Source: Acutalibacteraceae bacterium (GTDB taxonomy: Bacteria > Bacillota > Clostridia > Oscillospirales > Acutalibacteraceae). Taken from it: 64,000 nt of DNA. This document shows, piece by piece, positions 1-12,066 of this stretch; position 1 is the stretch's first letter, and the number at the start of each line of letters is the position of its first letter. The notes below the pieces were generated by a model. It saw nothing but the letters and a program-made list of their open reading frames with translations, was not told the DNA's origin and did not search any database. The stretch is taken from contig JAZNWW010000024.1 of NCBI GenBank assembly GCA_045593535.1, forward strand, positions 1,052 through 65,051, in the 5' to 3' direction. A program made the translations under genes and the position numbers.

Positions 1-1972
<1,972 letters not shown>

Positions 1973-1997
1973 TCACCATCCCAACTCTATAATATCT

Positions 1998-3545
1998 CTA
2001 TCTTTGTTCTCTTGCCACAAATTCACCTTTGTATTCGTCGAGAAACGCCTCGGCATTTTTTCTCATAGTAACAGTTGCAATGTCATCCCTAAAAGAAAAT
2101 ACGGCAAACATATTACCTAAATAATCATCTATAATTTGTACTCTAAGCAATAATTTCTGCTCTTCTGCCCATGCGGCAGATGCCGCACAGTCATACACAA
2201 AATCAGGATTCTCAGACGGCAAACCGCTATGAGTATCTGAATAACCAAATTGCGGGAATTTGCCAAAAACATTTTTACCGATACCAAAATACAACGTTTT
2301 GTCACCCTGTGAATTTGTATAGCACAATCTTCCCTCATCCGTTTTATCAAAAACAAAAGAAAACTTGGTTATGCCTGTAGGATTATCTTCACAAATATAA
2401 GTTTTTCCCGAAAGTTCATTTTGAAAATCACTGTATGTATTTCCCTTCATTATTGCTAATTCAAGACTGTTTCCAAAACTTTTAAGTTCTTTAAAATCAA
2501 CCTTATTTTCAGGCAATGGTTCGTCTTGAAGATTTTCAACTATCAAATCATAAAGTGCTGATAATTTCAAAGCCCTTGCCTGAGGATAGCCTTGGTCATC
2601 AGAGGTACAACAGAATATAAAATCCTTATCAGGTATGCATATTGTCAACTGATTCCCCATACCTACAAAACCAAATCCGTTATATTTAGTTCTCCAAATC
2701 TGATAACCGTAACCATCTGAATAACACAGGTCATCAAAAGCGCTTTCGCAGTTATCTACAACCCTTGAGGTTGCGGTTTTTATGTATTCTTCACTTATAA
2801 GCCTTTTACCTTCCCAAATACCACCATTCATTATCAATCGCGCAAATGTCGCCATATCTCGCGTAGTACAAATCAGCGCTGAATCGCTATGACTGTCCTT
2901 TATTTTAGTTTTTAGAATTGTAGCATTTTGAAATGCACCTATATGTTTAAAAATTCGTTCATTCAGAAAATCAAACAATGACATACCCGATATTTTTTCT
3001 ACAAGATTCCCCAAAACCTGCGAACCCTCACTATCGTAACGCCATCGCATACCTGACGGTATACTCGCAGTATTTTCATTAAAATACAGATGTGTGCGGT
3101 CTATATCATCGTGATAAAACCAATTCGGTGTTTTACCGCAGGTTTGCATGGTAAGCATATCTTTTATAGTTAAATTCTTTAAATTTTCGGGTAAATCTCT
3201 TTCTATTTTTTCGGGAAAATATGTATATATGTTATCCTCTAAAGATAATTTGCCCTCACTTTCTAAAATGCCTATTGCAATACCCACAAAGCTTTTAGTC
3301 TGGGAATACATTCTGTGAGGTTTATCTTTATTAAATGGCTTCCAATAATATTCTGCAAATATATTGTAGCCTCTCGTCATCAATATACTATGAGAAACTA
3401 TACCATTTCTCTCACAACTTTTAATAAATTTAGCAACAAATTTTGATGAAATACCAACGCTTTCAGGTGTAACTTTTTTAAACATAAAAAACCAACTTTC
3501 CAAAGGTTTATGAGAATTCAAACTCATTCGCTTATCATTTTTCAC
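1998..3545 (-). CDS. Serine hydrolase of the beta-lactamase (class C / esterase) fold with an extra C-terminal domain
   Basis: SxxK motif YSQTKSF near the N-terminus; 515-aa ORF. The start is uncertain: GTG at 3545 overlaps the yitT-like stop, and the alternative ATG at 3485 gives MFKKVTPESVG. Confidence 0.65.
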   Translation of the reverse strand: MKNDKRMSLNSHKPLESWFFMFKKVTPESVGISSKFVAKFIKSCERNGIVSHSILMTRGYNIFAEYYWKPFNKDKPHRMYSQTKSFVGIAIGILESEGKLSLEDNIYTYFPEKIERDLPENLKNLTIKDMLTMQTCGKTPNWFYHDDIDRTHLYFNENTASIPSGMRWRYDSEGSQVLGNLVEKISGMSLFDFLNERIFKHIGAFQNATILKTKIKDSHSDSALICTTRDMATFARLIMNGGIWEGKRLISEEYIKTATSRVVDNCESAFDDLCYSDGYGYQIWRTKYNGFGFVGMGNQLTICIPDKDFIFCCTSDDQGYPQARALKLSALYDLIVENLQDEPLPENKVDFKELKSFGNSLELAIMKGNTYSDFQNELSGKTYICEDNPTGITKFSFVFDKTDEGRLCYTNSQGDKTLYFGIGKNVFGKFPQFGYSDTHSGLPSENPDFVYDCAASAAWAEEQKLLLRVQIIDDYLGNMFAVFSFRDDIATVTMRKNAEAFLDEYKGEFVAREQR

Positions 3546-4375
3546 ATGATAAATCCTTCGCCTAAAACTTCATGTGAATCTAAAATTATTACAAAAGCAT
3601 TTTTATCGATATTTTTAATTTCCTTAATAAGTTTTGGTGCCTCTTTAGGCTTTACTGCACACAAGAGTATTTTCTTTTCTTTCTTAGTAAAAGCACCTTT
3701 ACTATATATTTCAGTTACACCACGTCCAAATTTATCGATTATTATTTCTTCTATTTCTAAATATTTATCTGAGATTATATATAGTGTTTTCACTTCACAA
3801 CCTATATTCATAATTGCATCAGTAAACTTTGAGGATACATATAAAGCAACTATTGAATAAAAAGCAACCATATAACTTTTAAATACTATTGCTGATACCA
3901 TTATAATAGCACAATTAATCACAAGTATAACAGTAGCTACAGGTAAATGCGGTAAAAAGCGTTTTATTATAACACCCGCAAAATCACTTCCGCCTGTTGA
4001 ACCGTCAACCTTAACAACTAATCCAACACCTATACCATCTAAGATACCGCCACAAACCGTACAAAACAATAAATCTTCGCTAAACGTTGGAAAATAAGAT
4101 GTTATTTCTAAAAATAATGATAAAAATAATATACCTAAAACAGTTTTAAACACAACACCTTTTCCAATAAATTTGTAACCCAACACAAAAAGCACTGCAT
4201 TTAAAATAAGATTCGTAACCGATAAAGGCACTTTAAATAAATATAGAAAAATTGTTCCTAAAGTACCGATACCTCCGGATGATAACTGAAGTGGAACCAA
4301 AAACATATTAAGACCCAAAGCAACAAAAAAAGAGCCAAAAATAATATATATAATCTCTTTTATGATTCTTTTCAT
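3542..4375 (-). CDS. YitT-family integral membrane protein (DUF2179-type C-terminus)
   Basis: Multi-TM N-terminal region with SSGGIGTLG and GGSDF motifs, then a soluble C-terminal domain typical of YitT. Confidence 0.65.
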   Translation of the reverse strand: MKRIIKEIIYIIFGSFFVALGLNMFLVPLQLSSGGIGTLGTIFLYLFKVPLSVTNLILNAVLFVLGYKFIGKGVVFKTVLGILFLSLFLEITSYFPTFSEDLLFCTVCGGILDGIGVGLVVKVDGSTGGSDFAGVIIKRFLPHLPVATVILVINCAIIMVSAIVFKSYMVAFYSIVALYVSSKFTDAIMNIGCEVKTLYIISDKYLEIEEIIIDKFGRGVTEIYSKGAFTKKEKKILLCAVKPKEAPKLIKEIKNIDKNAFVIILDSHEVLGEGFIM

Positions 4376-4434
4376 AAATATTTATTCCCTCATTTTTCAA
4401 ATCAAAAAACTAAAGTACAAATCTATAATTAGCA

Positions 4435-5691
4435 TTACTTTATACTATTTACAGAAATATTAGTAACAAAAAAGTTTTCTACAGCATCCTCAAAAAACTT
4501 CGCATCATCTGTTTTAATTATCAAATTTTCAAATATAAAATGGGATAATATATACTGTGAGCAATCTTTAATTACATTAAAATACTTTTTACATTCTATT
4601 TCACAGTTTTTTATAGTAATATTGTTAGCATAAGACAAAGGAATATCTTTTCTTCCCTTTAAATCAAAAAATTGCTTCCAAGGTTTAATATTAATAAACT
4701 CATCAACCTTGCCTTTGGCATTTTCAATAGTGATATACTCATAGTGCTGCGGTGTATCAGGTCTCATTTTGAGCCAAAACAGGCGTTGCGCGGAATGCAC
4801 CTTAATATCCCTTAAAATAACATTACGGTTATGTATTGACTCAGAACCGCAAGTAAGACAACTGTGGCAAAAACCATACTCACAATCTTCAATTAAAATC
4901 CGCTCATTTGCACCGTTTTCGGGCAATTCATCCGCAAAAGGCCCTTTTCCGCCCTTTAATGCTATGGCATCATCATTCACATGAAAATAACAGTTCTTTA
5001 TCAAAATATCGGTGCAGGCATCTATATCTATTGCATCCGTACTTGGCGCCTTAACGGGAGTTACGGGTGAAAAAATATAGCAATCAACAACCTTAACATA
5101 ACTGCATTTATAAAAATGATTGGTCCAAAAATGTGAATTTTGAAGTTTTAAACCTACTATTGATACATTACTTGAATTAGAAATATATATAAGTCTAGGT
5201 CTTTGTTCATCCTTATTGGTGCAATTAGGGTTCCAACTTTTACGAATCCAAAAAGCCTTCCAAGACTTAAAGCCGTTACCATCAATAGTACCTTTTCCAC
5301 ATATTTTAAGTCCATCAACATTATCTGCATTTATAAGTGCAGGGAAATAAGTGCAGGTTTCCCCCTCTATTCTTGTTGTACAAACAGGATAGTCAGATAT
5401 ATCATCACTACCCATAAGCACTCCGTTTTCTTCGATATATAGATTTACGCCATTTCTAAAATACAAAGCACCTGTCATATATGTACCACTTGGTATTACC
5501 ATAACACCGCCGCCGTTTTGTGCGATAGTGTCTATAAGTGTCTGTATTTTTTCGGTATATACTTTTCCGTCATCGGCAATACCGTAATCTGTAATTAAAT
5601 ATTGCTCTCCAAGTTCACCTAATTGAATTTGAGAAATATCATAAAACCATCCCTCAACAGGTGTATTGTCAGGAAAATACTCTTTACACAT
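4435..5691 (-). CDS. GH28-like pectin-lyase-fold glycoside hydrolase (polygalacturonase / rhamnogalacturonase type)
   Basis: The GH28 block order is present: STDAIDID, NDDAIALKGG, CGSES. AGGAGG sits 10 nt upstream of the ATG. Confidence 0.7.
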   Translation of the reverse strand: MCKEYFPDNTPVEGWFYDISQIQLGELGEQYLITDYGIADDGKVYTEKIQTLIDTIAQNGGGVMVIPSGTYMTGALYFRNGVNLYIEENGVLMGSDDISDYPVCTTRIEGETCTYFPALINADNVDGLKICGKGTIDGNGFKSWKAFWIRKSWNPNCTNKDEQRPRLIYISNSSNVSIVGLKLQNSHFWTNHFYKCSYVKVVDCYIFSPVTPVKAPSTDAIDIDACTDILIKNCYFHVNDDAIALKGGKGPFADELPENGANERILIEDCEYGFCHSCLTCGSESIHNRNVILRDIKVHSAQRLFWLKMRPDTPQHYEYITIENAKGKVDEFINIKPWKQFFDLKGRKDIPLSYANNITIKNCEIECKKYFNVIKDCSQYILSHFIFENLIIKTDDAKFFEDAVENFFVTNISVNSIK

Positions 5692-5716
5692 TATCCGAAT
5701 TGCCTCCTACCATTTA

Positions 5717-7927
5717 TTAATAAAACAAAAACTCACCGTCACTTACTGTTTTTGTATGACCGTTAGGTAATACAATCTTAGCAGTAACTCCTTTTGGAAT
5801 AACAAATCTAAACTTCACTTCTCCATTTACATACTTCCAATGGCTTTCGAGGTTGCCATAAGGTGTAATAATTGATGCATCTACATATCCCAAACGCTCA
5901 TCAGGTATAGGTGCAAGAGTCACTTCTTGGTATCCCGCTTCATCAATTTTAATTCCTGCAGAAACTGCATAAAGCCAATCTCCAACAGCACCATAAGCAT
6001 AGTGGTTAAATGAATTCATATCGGTACTCCAAAAACTGCCATCCTCTTTTATTCCATTCCAATGCTCCCACATAGTTGTAGCACCCTTATTAACCGAGTA
6101 TAACCAAGATGGTGATTCTTCATTAAACAACAGTTTGTAAGCCACATCTGCTCTACCATTATCAGAAAGAGCGTGCAAAATGTATGGAGTGCCTACAAAA
6201 CCAGTAGACATTTTACCGTCATAATATTCTATTAGTTTAACCAAGTTTTCTACAATCTGCTTTTTCTCAGATTCTTCGCACAAATCAAACTTAAGAATTA
6301 GCGACATAGCAGTTTGTGTTATTTTACCCTCTAAAGTGTCTACACCTAGCTTGATATCCAAATCATAAGCCAAAATATCTTCTAAATATCTTTTTCTAAA
6401 TGCCTTTTTGATATTTAGATACAAACTGCGGTAATCCGATACATCTTCACCCAAAACTTCGCCGGTTTTTACAACCAACTGTGTAGAATAGGCAAAAAAT
6501 GCAGTTGCAATTAAATCGGGTGAAGTTATACCTTTGTAACTGTCGGGACCTGCATCTAAAGCCAACCAGTCGCCAAAATGCCAACCGTCCAACCATAAAA
6601 ATTCTTCAGAGCCTGATGAATGTATGTAGTCCACCCATTTACGCATCATTGAGAAATTGTCAGCCAATATTTTTTTATTGCCATATAATTTATATACTGT
6701 CCAAGGAATTATTGTACAAGCATCACCCCAAGCGGCAGATATTCTTGTATGTGCTCTGTATGTACTACCCTCAATCTCAGGACAAGTGCCGTATATTACA
6801 CCTTCTTCGGTTTGTTCTGCCCTTAAATCGGCAAGCCATTTATCGAAAAACTTTAGAACATTAAAGTTAATTCCTGCGGTTTGGCAGAAAACCTGCGCGT
6901 CACCCGTCCAACCCATACGCTCATCCCGTTGAGGACAATCGGTAGGAATATCAAGGTAGTTAGATTTTTGTCCCCATATAATATTGTGATAAAGTTGATT
7001 TATTTTTTCATTACCGCAAACAAAATTGCCTATTCGTTCCATATTAGAATGAACCACTATAGCAGTAAAGCCCTCAACATTAATTTCTTCTGTTGGGTAC
7101 TCATCAACACGCACATATCTAAAACCTTGGAAAGAAAATCTCGGTTTAAAATAATCTTCTTCACCACTAAGGACATATGTTATTTCATTTTTTGCAGTTC
7201 GGTAATTTTCGTTATAGAAATTACCGTCTTTATCAACAACTTCACCAAAAGAGAGTTTTACCCGACTTCCCTTTTTACCCTTGATTTCAAGTGAAACATA
7301 TCCCGTCATATTCTGACCGAAATCAAGAACTTTTTCACCTTTTGGTGTTATAATTAAATTTGCTTTTAATTTTTCCTGTTCGCATATAGGTTCGCCTATA
7401 TCCTCAACTATTTTAAAGTTGACATTATCTAAAACAGCCGAGCCAAGCAATTTCGGGGTATGGGTTTTATCAATAGTTTCACCATTATAAATATCAGCAT
7501 ATAAAACCTGATTAGTATAAACACTCCAAGAGTCATCAGTGTAAAAAATATCAGTACTCTTATCAGTATAGGTTATTGAAAATCTGGCACAAACACTTAT
7601 ATGATCTGCATATAAACCTGTGTTTCCTACAAATCCAAAACGGCCGACAGCCCAACCGGGTGCAGCCATAATATTTATTGTATTTTTTTCTTTTAAATTC
7701 TTTGTAATATCAAATTCCTGATATTGAATTCCACGATGGTCATAACTTGTAAAGCCGGGAGTTAATACCCTGTTTCCTATTTTCTGATTATTGATATGTA
7801 ACTCATACAAACCAACTGCAGATACTTTAACTTTAGCAGATACAATATCCTTATGTATATTAAGCTCTTTAATAAAACTTAAAGCACCTGAATATTTTTC
7901 ATTTAGCGGTGATTTAACCCACTTCAT
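5717..7927 (-). CDS. GH78 alpha-L-rhamnosidase
   Basis: Hallmark PTDCPQRDERMGWTGDAQVF motif, 736 aa, six-hairpin C-terminal region. Confidence 0.9.
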   Translation of the reverse strand: MKWVKSPLNEKYSGALSFIKELNIHKDIVSAKVKVSAVGLYELHINNQKIGNRVLTPGFTSYDHRGIQYQEFDITKNLKEKNTINIMAAPGWAVGRFGFVGNTGLYADHISVCARFSITYTDKSTDIFYTDDSWSVYTNQVLYADIYNGETIDKTHTPKLLGSAVLDNVNFKIVEDIGEPICEQEKLKANLIITPKGEKVLDFGQNMTGYVSLEIKGKKGSRVKLSFGEVVDKDGNFYNENYRTAKNEITYVLSGEEDYFKPRFSFQGFRYVRVDEYPTEEINVEGFTAIVVHSNMERIGNFVCGNEKINQLYHNIIWGQKSNYLDIPTDCPQRDERMGWTGDAQVFCQTAGINFNVLKFFDKWLADLRAEQTEEGVIYGTCPEIEGSTYRAHTRISAAWGDACTIIPWTVYKLYGNKKILADNFSMMRKWVDYIHSSGSEEFLWLDGWHFGDWLALDAGPDSYKGITSPDLIATAFFAYSTQLVVKTGEVLGEDVSDYRSLYLNIKKAFRKRYLEDILAYDLDIKLGVDTLEGKITQTAMSLILKFDLCEESEKKQIVENLVKLIEYYDGKMSTGFVGTPYILHALSDNGRADVAYKLLFNEESPSWLYSVNKGATTMWEHWNGIKEDGSFWSTDMNSFNHYAYGAVGDWLYAVSAGIKIDEAGYQEVTLAPIPDERLGYVDASIITPYGNLESHWKYVNGEVKFRFVIPKGVTAKIVLPNGHTKTVSDGEFLFY

Positions 7928-7972
7928 ATTTATAACCCTCTTTTGCTGTCAAAAATCTAATTATTTACCGCA

Positions 7973-9061
7973 CTATCTTTTTTCTAATATGTGCTTTATT
8001 ACCGAGCCGATACTGTCGGCCATTCTTATATACCCCGAATCGTTTGGATGCACACTATCAAGTGTCATTTCATATTGATGGGGTGCTACATTGAAGCTTA
8101 TTCCATCTATGAAATAAACATTTTTATCACCCACAGCACGAGCCTTTAAATATGATTTCATTATTACATCCCTATGTTGGAGCAAAGACTCCCAATCTTT
8201 CGCTCTTGGCCAATAATCGGGTGCCGATATCATTATATAGGGTACATCAGGGTTATTTTTACGAACAGTTTCATAAAATCTATAGTGAGTATTTGCCAAA
8301 TGTTCGGTATTAGGTGTATTGTGGTCATAATCGCAAATAAAAACACTCATTGACAGAGTTGATATCCACTCTGCAATAGCCGTTTCACCTAACGCATTGC
8401 CCGAAAAACCTAAATTTTTGTAATCTATATTCATTTCACGTGATATTATTGCAGGGTATGTAAGTCCGGGACGGCTTGCGCCTACACCGTGAACTATAGA
8501 AGAACCGTAAAATACCAATGGTTCTATATAACGGTAGGGCGTCGCCTCACCCAAAAAAGAATTTGGTTTCAAGCCGATTTCAAGGGTTTCCACCACAGAG
8601 CGAAGCGGAAAATCAATTGTATATGAACGCTTTTTACTGCATTCAAGATGCAATATCTGTTCATAACTATCGGTCATATCATAAGGCATACGAAACTCTT
8701 TAACAAAACGGCTACCAAATTCACCGTCTATGTATAGGTCGAATCCAACTGTAGATAGCATAGTTAAATGGGGTGATTTACCCACTGCCGAAAACTTTGT
8801 GCGAATAGCAATGTACGGAGAATCGGTGGTAAAACGCACTCTACCACCTGCAGACTCTTGACTGATTTTTCCAACCTTTTCGCTCGTTGCTACTGCAACA
8901 TCCTGTGGCACTCGTATAAATGAAGAACCATCTGATTCGCAAAATCCGTGGAGTGAAAAAGGCGATTGCCTTACATCATACCACTTTACCTCTGCATCGC
9001 CTATTGTAGTATTAACTATTAAATTTTTATCTAAATTAATATATGATTCCATAATCTTCAC
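7973..9061 (-). CDS. SGNH/GDSL esterase with an N-terminal beta-sandwich (CE2-like architecture)
   Basis: Block I is YGSSIVHG and block V is DSVHPND. An N-terminal domain of about 170 aa precedes them. The alternative ATG start is at 9052. Confidence 0.6.
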   Translation of the reverse strand: MKIMESYINLDKNLIVNTTIGDAEVKWYDVRQSPFSLHGFCESDGSSFIRVPQDVAVATSEKVGKISQESAGGRVRFTTDSPYIAIRTKFSAVGKSPHLTMLSTVGFDLYIDGEFGSRFVKEFRMPYDMTDSYEQILHLECSKKRSYTIDFPLRSVVETLEIGLKPNSFLGEATPYRYIEPLVFYGSSIVHGVGASRPGLTYPAIISREMNIDYKNLGFSGNALGETAIAEWISTLSMSVFICDYDHNTPNTEHLANTHYRFYETVRKNNPDVPYIMISAPDYWPRAKDWESLLQHRDVIMKSYLKARAVGDKNVYFIDGISFNVAPHQYEMTLDSVHPNDSGYIRMADSIGSVIKHILEKR

Positions 9062-9082
9062 CCGATTAAATATTGGTATAAC

Positions 9083-10291
9083 TTAAAACTCTTCAATTAC
9101 CTCATCACCGTTAAGCCAAGCAGATATATTTACAGCAAGCAAATTCCAACTTTGGAAGCCCTTATTCATAACAGGCTCTCCAGTTTCAGGGTCATAATAC
9201 TCGTGCAAATCGCCACAATCTGCAATATCTTCTGAAAACAGTTTTATTGTTTTTTCTGCTAATTCCTTAGCCTCGTTCATATATCCGTACTTTATAAGAC
9301 TTTTAAACACCATATAGTTTGCTATTCCCCATATAGGTCCTAACCAACAAGATGGGTTGCCCGATTCTTTAATCACATACATTTTTTCATATTTAGAAAG
9401 AGACCTTACGCCAAAGGGAGCCCAAAATGCATTTTCGTCAAGCAGATTTTCTTTTACCATTCGCTCTGCCTGTTCTTCTGTTGCAATACCGCTCCACATT
9501 GCCAAAAAACCGGACCAACAACCGAGTCTTTGTATAAGGCAGTCCCAATGTCTCGGCCCGCCCGAATGTTTTGTAGGTATTATAGGTAATAAATTCAAAT
9601 CAACACTGTAATACATACCGTCTTTTTCGTCATAGCAATTAGTTCTAACCGCATTTTTTAGATTTTCAGCTTCGTTACGGTAAAAAGACATATCTTCACT
9701 AAGCAATTCACCTATATAACAAAGTGCCTCTAACTCTTTATACATTAAACAGTTAAGATAAATTGACGCCGAACTTTTATGGGGGCGGTAAAATGTAGAC
9801 GGATCATTATCAACACCGATAGCCGAATCATCGTACCAATAATAAAGACCGTTTTCGTGACGGAAATTATTTATATAGCAATTAACAAACTGCTTTAATT
9901 TAGAAAAACGTGAACGAATCCACTCAGCATTACCGTTATCATTTTTTATTAAAAAAGCGGCGTGCTGTGCTAAACAGGGTTTATGTATATTACTTTCACT
10001 ATGTTTAAAAATATCAGGACGGCACACTTTTGGAGTAATATAAATTGGAATTCTTCCATCTTCGGTCATAACCTCAAGAAAATTGCAAATACAACCTCTT
10101 TCGTATTCGCTGATATCTTCTTTCACAAACTGTCTTAAAGCGATATTGGTAAGCCAAGAATCCCAATCCCATAGACAATCGTCATACACACTGCCCGGAA
10201 CTATGTATTTATATTTAAGTAATCCGTCAGGCTCTCTAAACATCTTTTTATGGTTTTTTTCGGCATATTCTAATATGTTTTGATCTTTCAT
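9083..10291 (-). CDS. Putative (alpha/alpha)6 six-hairpin glycoside hydrolase (GH63 / MGH1 / trehalase-like)
   Basis: CLWDWDSWL and WGIANY-type motifs with an acidic C-terminal region. The family assignment is from memory only. Confidence 0.4.
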   Translation of the reverse strand: MKDQNILEYAEKNHKKMFREPDGLLKYKYIVPGSVYDDCLWDWDSWLTNIALRQFVKEDISEYERGCICNFLEVMTEDGRIPIYITPKVCRPDIFKHSESNIHKPCLAQHAAFLIKNDNGNAEWIRSRFSKLKQFVNCYINNFRHENGLYYWYDDSAIGVDNDPSTFYRPHKSSASIYLNCLMYKELEALCYIGELLSEDMSFYRNEAENLKNAVRTNCYDEKDGMYYSVDLNLLPIIPTKHSGGPRHWDCLIQRLGCWSGFLAMWSGIATEEQAERMVKENLLDENAFWAPFGVRSLSKYEKMYVIKESGNPSCWLGPIWGIANYMVFKSLIKYGYMNEAKELAEKTIKLFSEDIADCGDLHEYYDPETGEPVMNKGFQSWNLLAVNISAWLNGDEVIEEF

Positions 10292-10306
10292 TTGTAAATC
10301 ACTATC

Positions 10307-11236
10307 CTATTTTTTTGATATTATATTTCTAAAATGATTGCCACATTCAAATATAAGTCTAAACCAAGGTGTTAGCATTTCCTCATCAATTACTTCAAGT
10401 GAAGTTTGCATAAAGGTTTCAAAGCCAATATCACCGTCATATCCTATTTTTGCAAGCTCCTTACAAAAAGCTTTCCAATTAAAAGTTCCGGTATATGGTG
10501 CTTTGTGTTGGTCTGTAACTCCATCGTTATCGTGTATATGCAAAGTTTTAATTCTTTTTCCCAAAACCGGAATATATCTTCGGCAGTCGATACGCAAAAG
10601 ATTTAAATGCCCTGTATCAAGGCATAAACCAAAGCACTCCTTACCTGCCTGACAGTTTAATTTATCAATCAATTCCACCGCTTCATAAGGATTAGAACAA
10701 TGCCCCTCAACATAATTTATTTTGTCACTGCGAGCAAATAAATTCTCAAGACAGACCACAACATTAGAATTCTGTAAGGCGGGAATTAAACCTGAATATA
10801 GTTTATAATTTAGTGCGTTTATCTCATCAAGAGTTTCGCTGTAATTATCTTTATAATAACAAATTCCGTGCACAACCAAATATTTGCAACCCACTATATC
10901 GCAAAAAGCAATCATTTTCTTGTGAAGTTCTATTATATAATCGAGAGTTTCCGGATGACCGGTAACATATGAAGGAAATATTGCATGTGCTTGAGCTATT
11001 GTCAAACCATTCTTCTTAAGCTCATCAAGTTCTTCTTGATAATACTCAAGAATTTCATCCATATCCTTTTCAAATATACATTTCCCTTTATATTCACCTG
11101 ATTTTATTTTACCCACACTCAAGGAGTTATTTATGTTCCAGTCTATTGCTTCAAAACCGCATTCCTTATAAAGCTTGTATGCTGTTGCCGGACCTAATTC
11201 TTCTACCGTTCTTCCTGATTGTACTGCAATTTTCAT
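10307..11236 (-). CDS. Sugar phosphate isomerase/epimerase (xylose-isomerase-like TIM barrel)
   Basis: LHIHDNDGVTDQHKAP metal-binding block and GFE motifs typical of the AP_endonuc_2 TIM-barrel family. Confidence 0.65.
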   Translation of the reverse strand: MKIAVQSGRTVEELGPATAYKLYKECGFEAIDWNINNSLSVGKIKSGEYKGKCIFEKDMDEILEYYQEELDELKKNGLTIAQAHAIFPSYVTGHPETLDYIIELHKKMIAFCDIVGCKYLVVHGICYYKDNYSETLDEINALNYKLYSGLIPALQNSNVVVCLENLFARSDKINYVEGHCSNPYEAVELIDKLNCQAGKECFGLCLDTGHLNLLRIDCRRYIPVLGKRIKTLHIHDNDGVTDQHKAPYTGTFNWKAFCKELAKIGYDGDIGFETFMQTSLEVIDEEMLTPWFRLIFECGNHFRNIISKK

Positions 11237-11248
11237 TTTTAAATCACC

Positions 11249-12040
11249 TTAAATTTTCACATCTGCAATAACTGCAAGATGGTCTGTACTGTTTATCATA
11301 TCTTGGTCATCAATTATTTCGCTAAAGATAACCTCGGCACTGTTTTTTGTAACAAAAACAGTGTCGTACGGAAGACCGTTTTGGTCTGAACTTTCTCCAA
11401 CACGATGAAAGGTTGCCATCATTTTTTCAGGATGTTGCTTTGCAGTCACCAATGTGTCTTCAAATATTTCAGTGAGTATTTTATAAGGGTCGTGTTTACT
11501 TGTAGAGTTGAAATCTCCAGTTAAGAATACAGGTATTTTCCCATATTTGTCAACAATTTCTTCTGTTATCTCTACTACCTGCTTTGCATTAGATACACGC
11601 CACATATTGCCAACCTCACTATCAGTACCTATTTCCTTAGGGTATGAACCGATAATAATTGCAAAATGCACATTAATTAAAGCAAACATTTTGCCACTTT
11701 CTTTATCTTTTAGAACTACAACCGAGTAGGTTTTTGAATCGGTATATCTAGCAGTGAGAAAATCACACCACTCATCCACCTTTTCATACTTGTCTTTTTT
11801 ATAAAGTATTGGTGTTCTTGAAAAATCACCATTTGATGATGTTACCGTAGCCACAACATTATATTGATTCAAAATCGGGTCAATAACCTCTTTATAAGCT
11901 AACGGGTCACACTCCTGAAGTCCTAATACATCTGGCATATAACGCAAATAATTTTTAATCATTAAGCCTGCCCTTGCGCCGATATTAACGTCTCTCTTTA
12001 CATTATTTGTCATAATGCGTATATCGTTTGAATAGTTCAT
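11249..12040 (-). CDS. Endonuclease/exonuclease/phosphatase (EEP) family protein
   Basis: GLQE near the N-terminus and a terminal STDHLAVIADV motif. The start is moved to the ATG at 12040, which has AAGGGAG 7 nt upstream. Confidence 0.6.
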   Translation of the reverse strand: MNYSNDIRIMTNNVKRDVNIGARAGLMIKNYLRYMPDVLGLQECDPLAYKEVIDPILNQYNVVATVTSSNGDFSRTPILYKKDKYEKVDEWCDFLTARYTDSKTYSVVVLKDKESGKMFALINVHFAIIIGSYPKEIGTDSEVGNMWRVSNAKQVVEITEEIVDKYGKIPVFLTGDFNSTSKHDPYKILTEIFEDTLVTAKQHPEKMMATFHRVGESSDQNGLPYDTVFVTKNSAEVIFSEIIDDQDMINSTDHLAVIADVKI

Positions 12041-12066
12041 AATTTTCTCCCTTTCGATTAGCACTT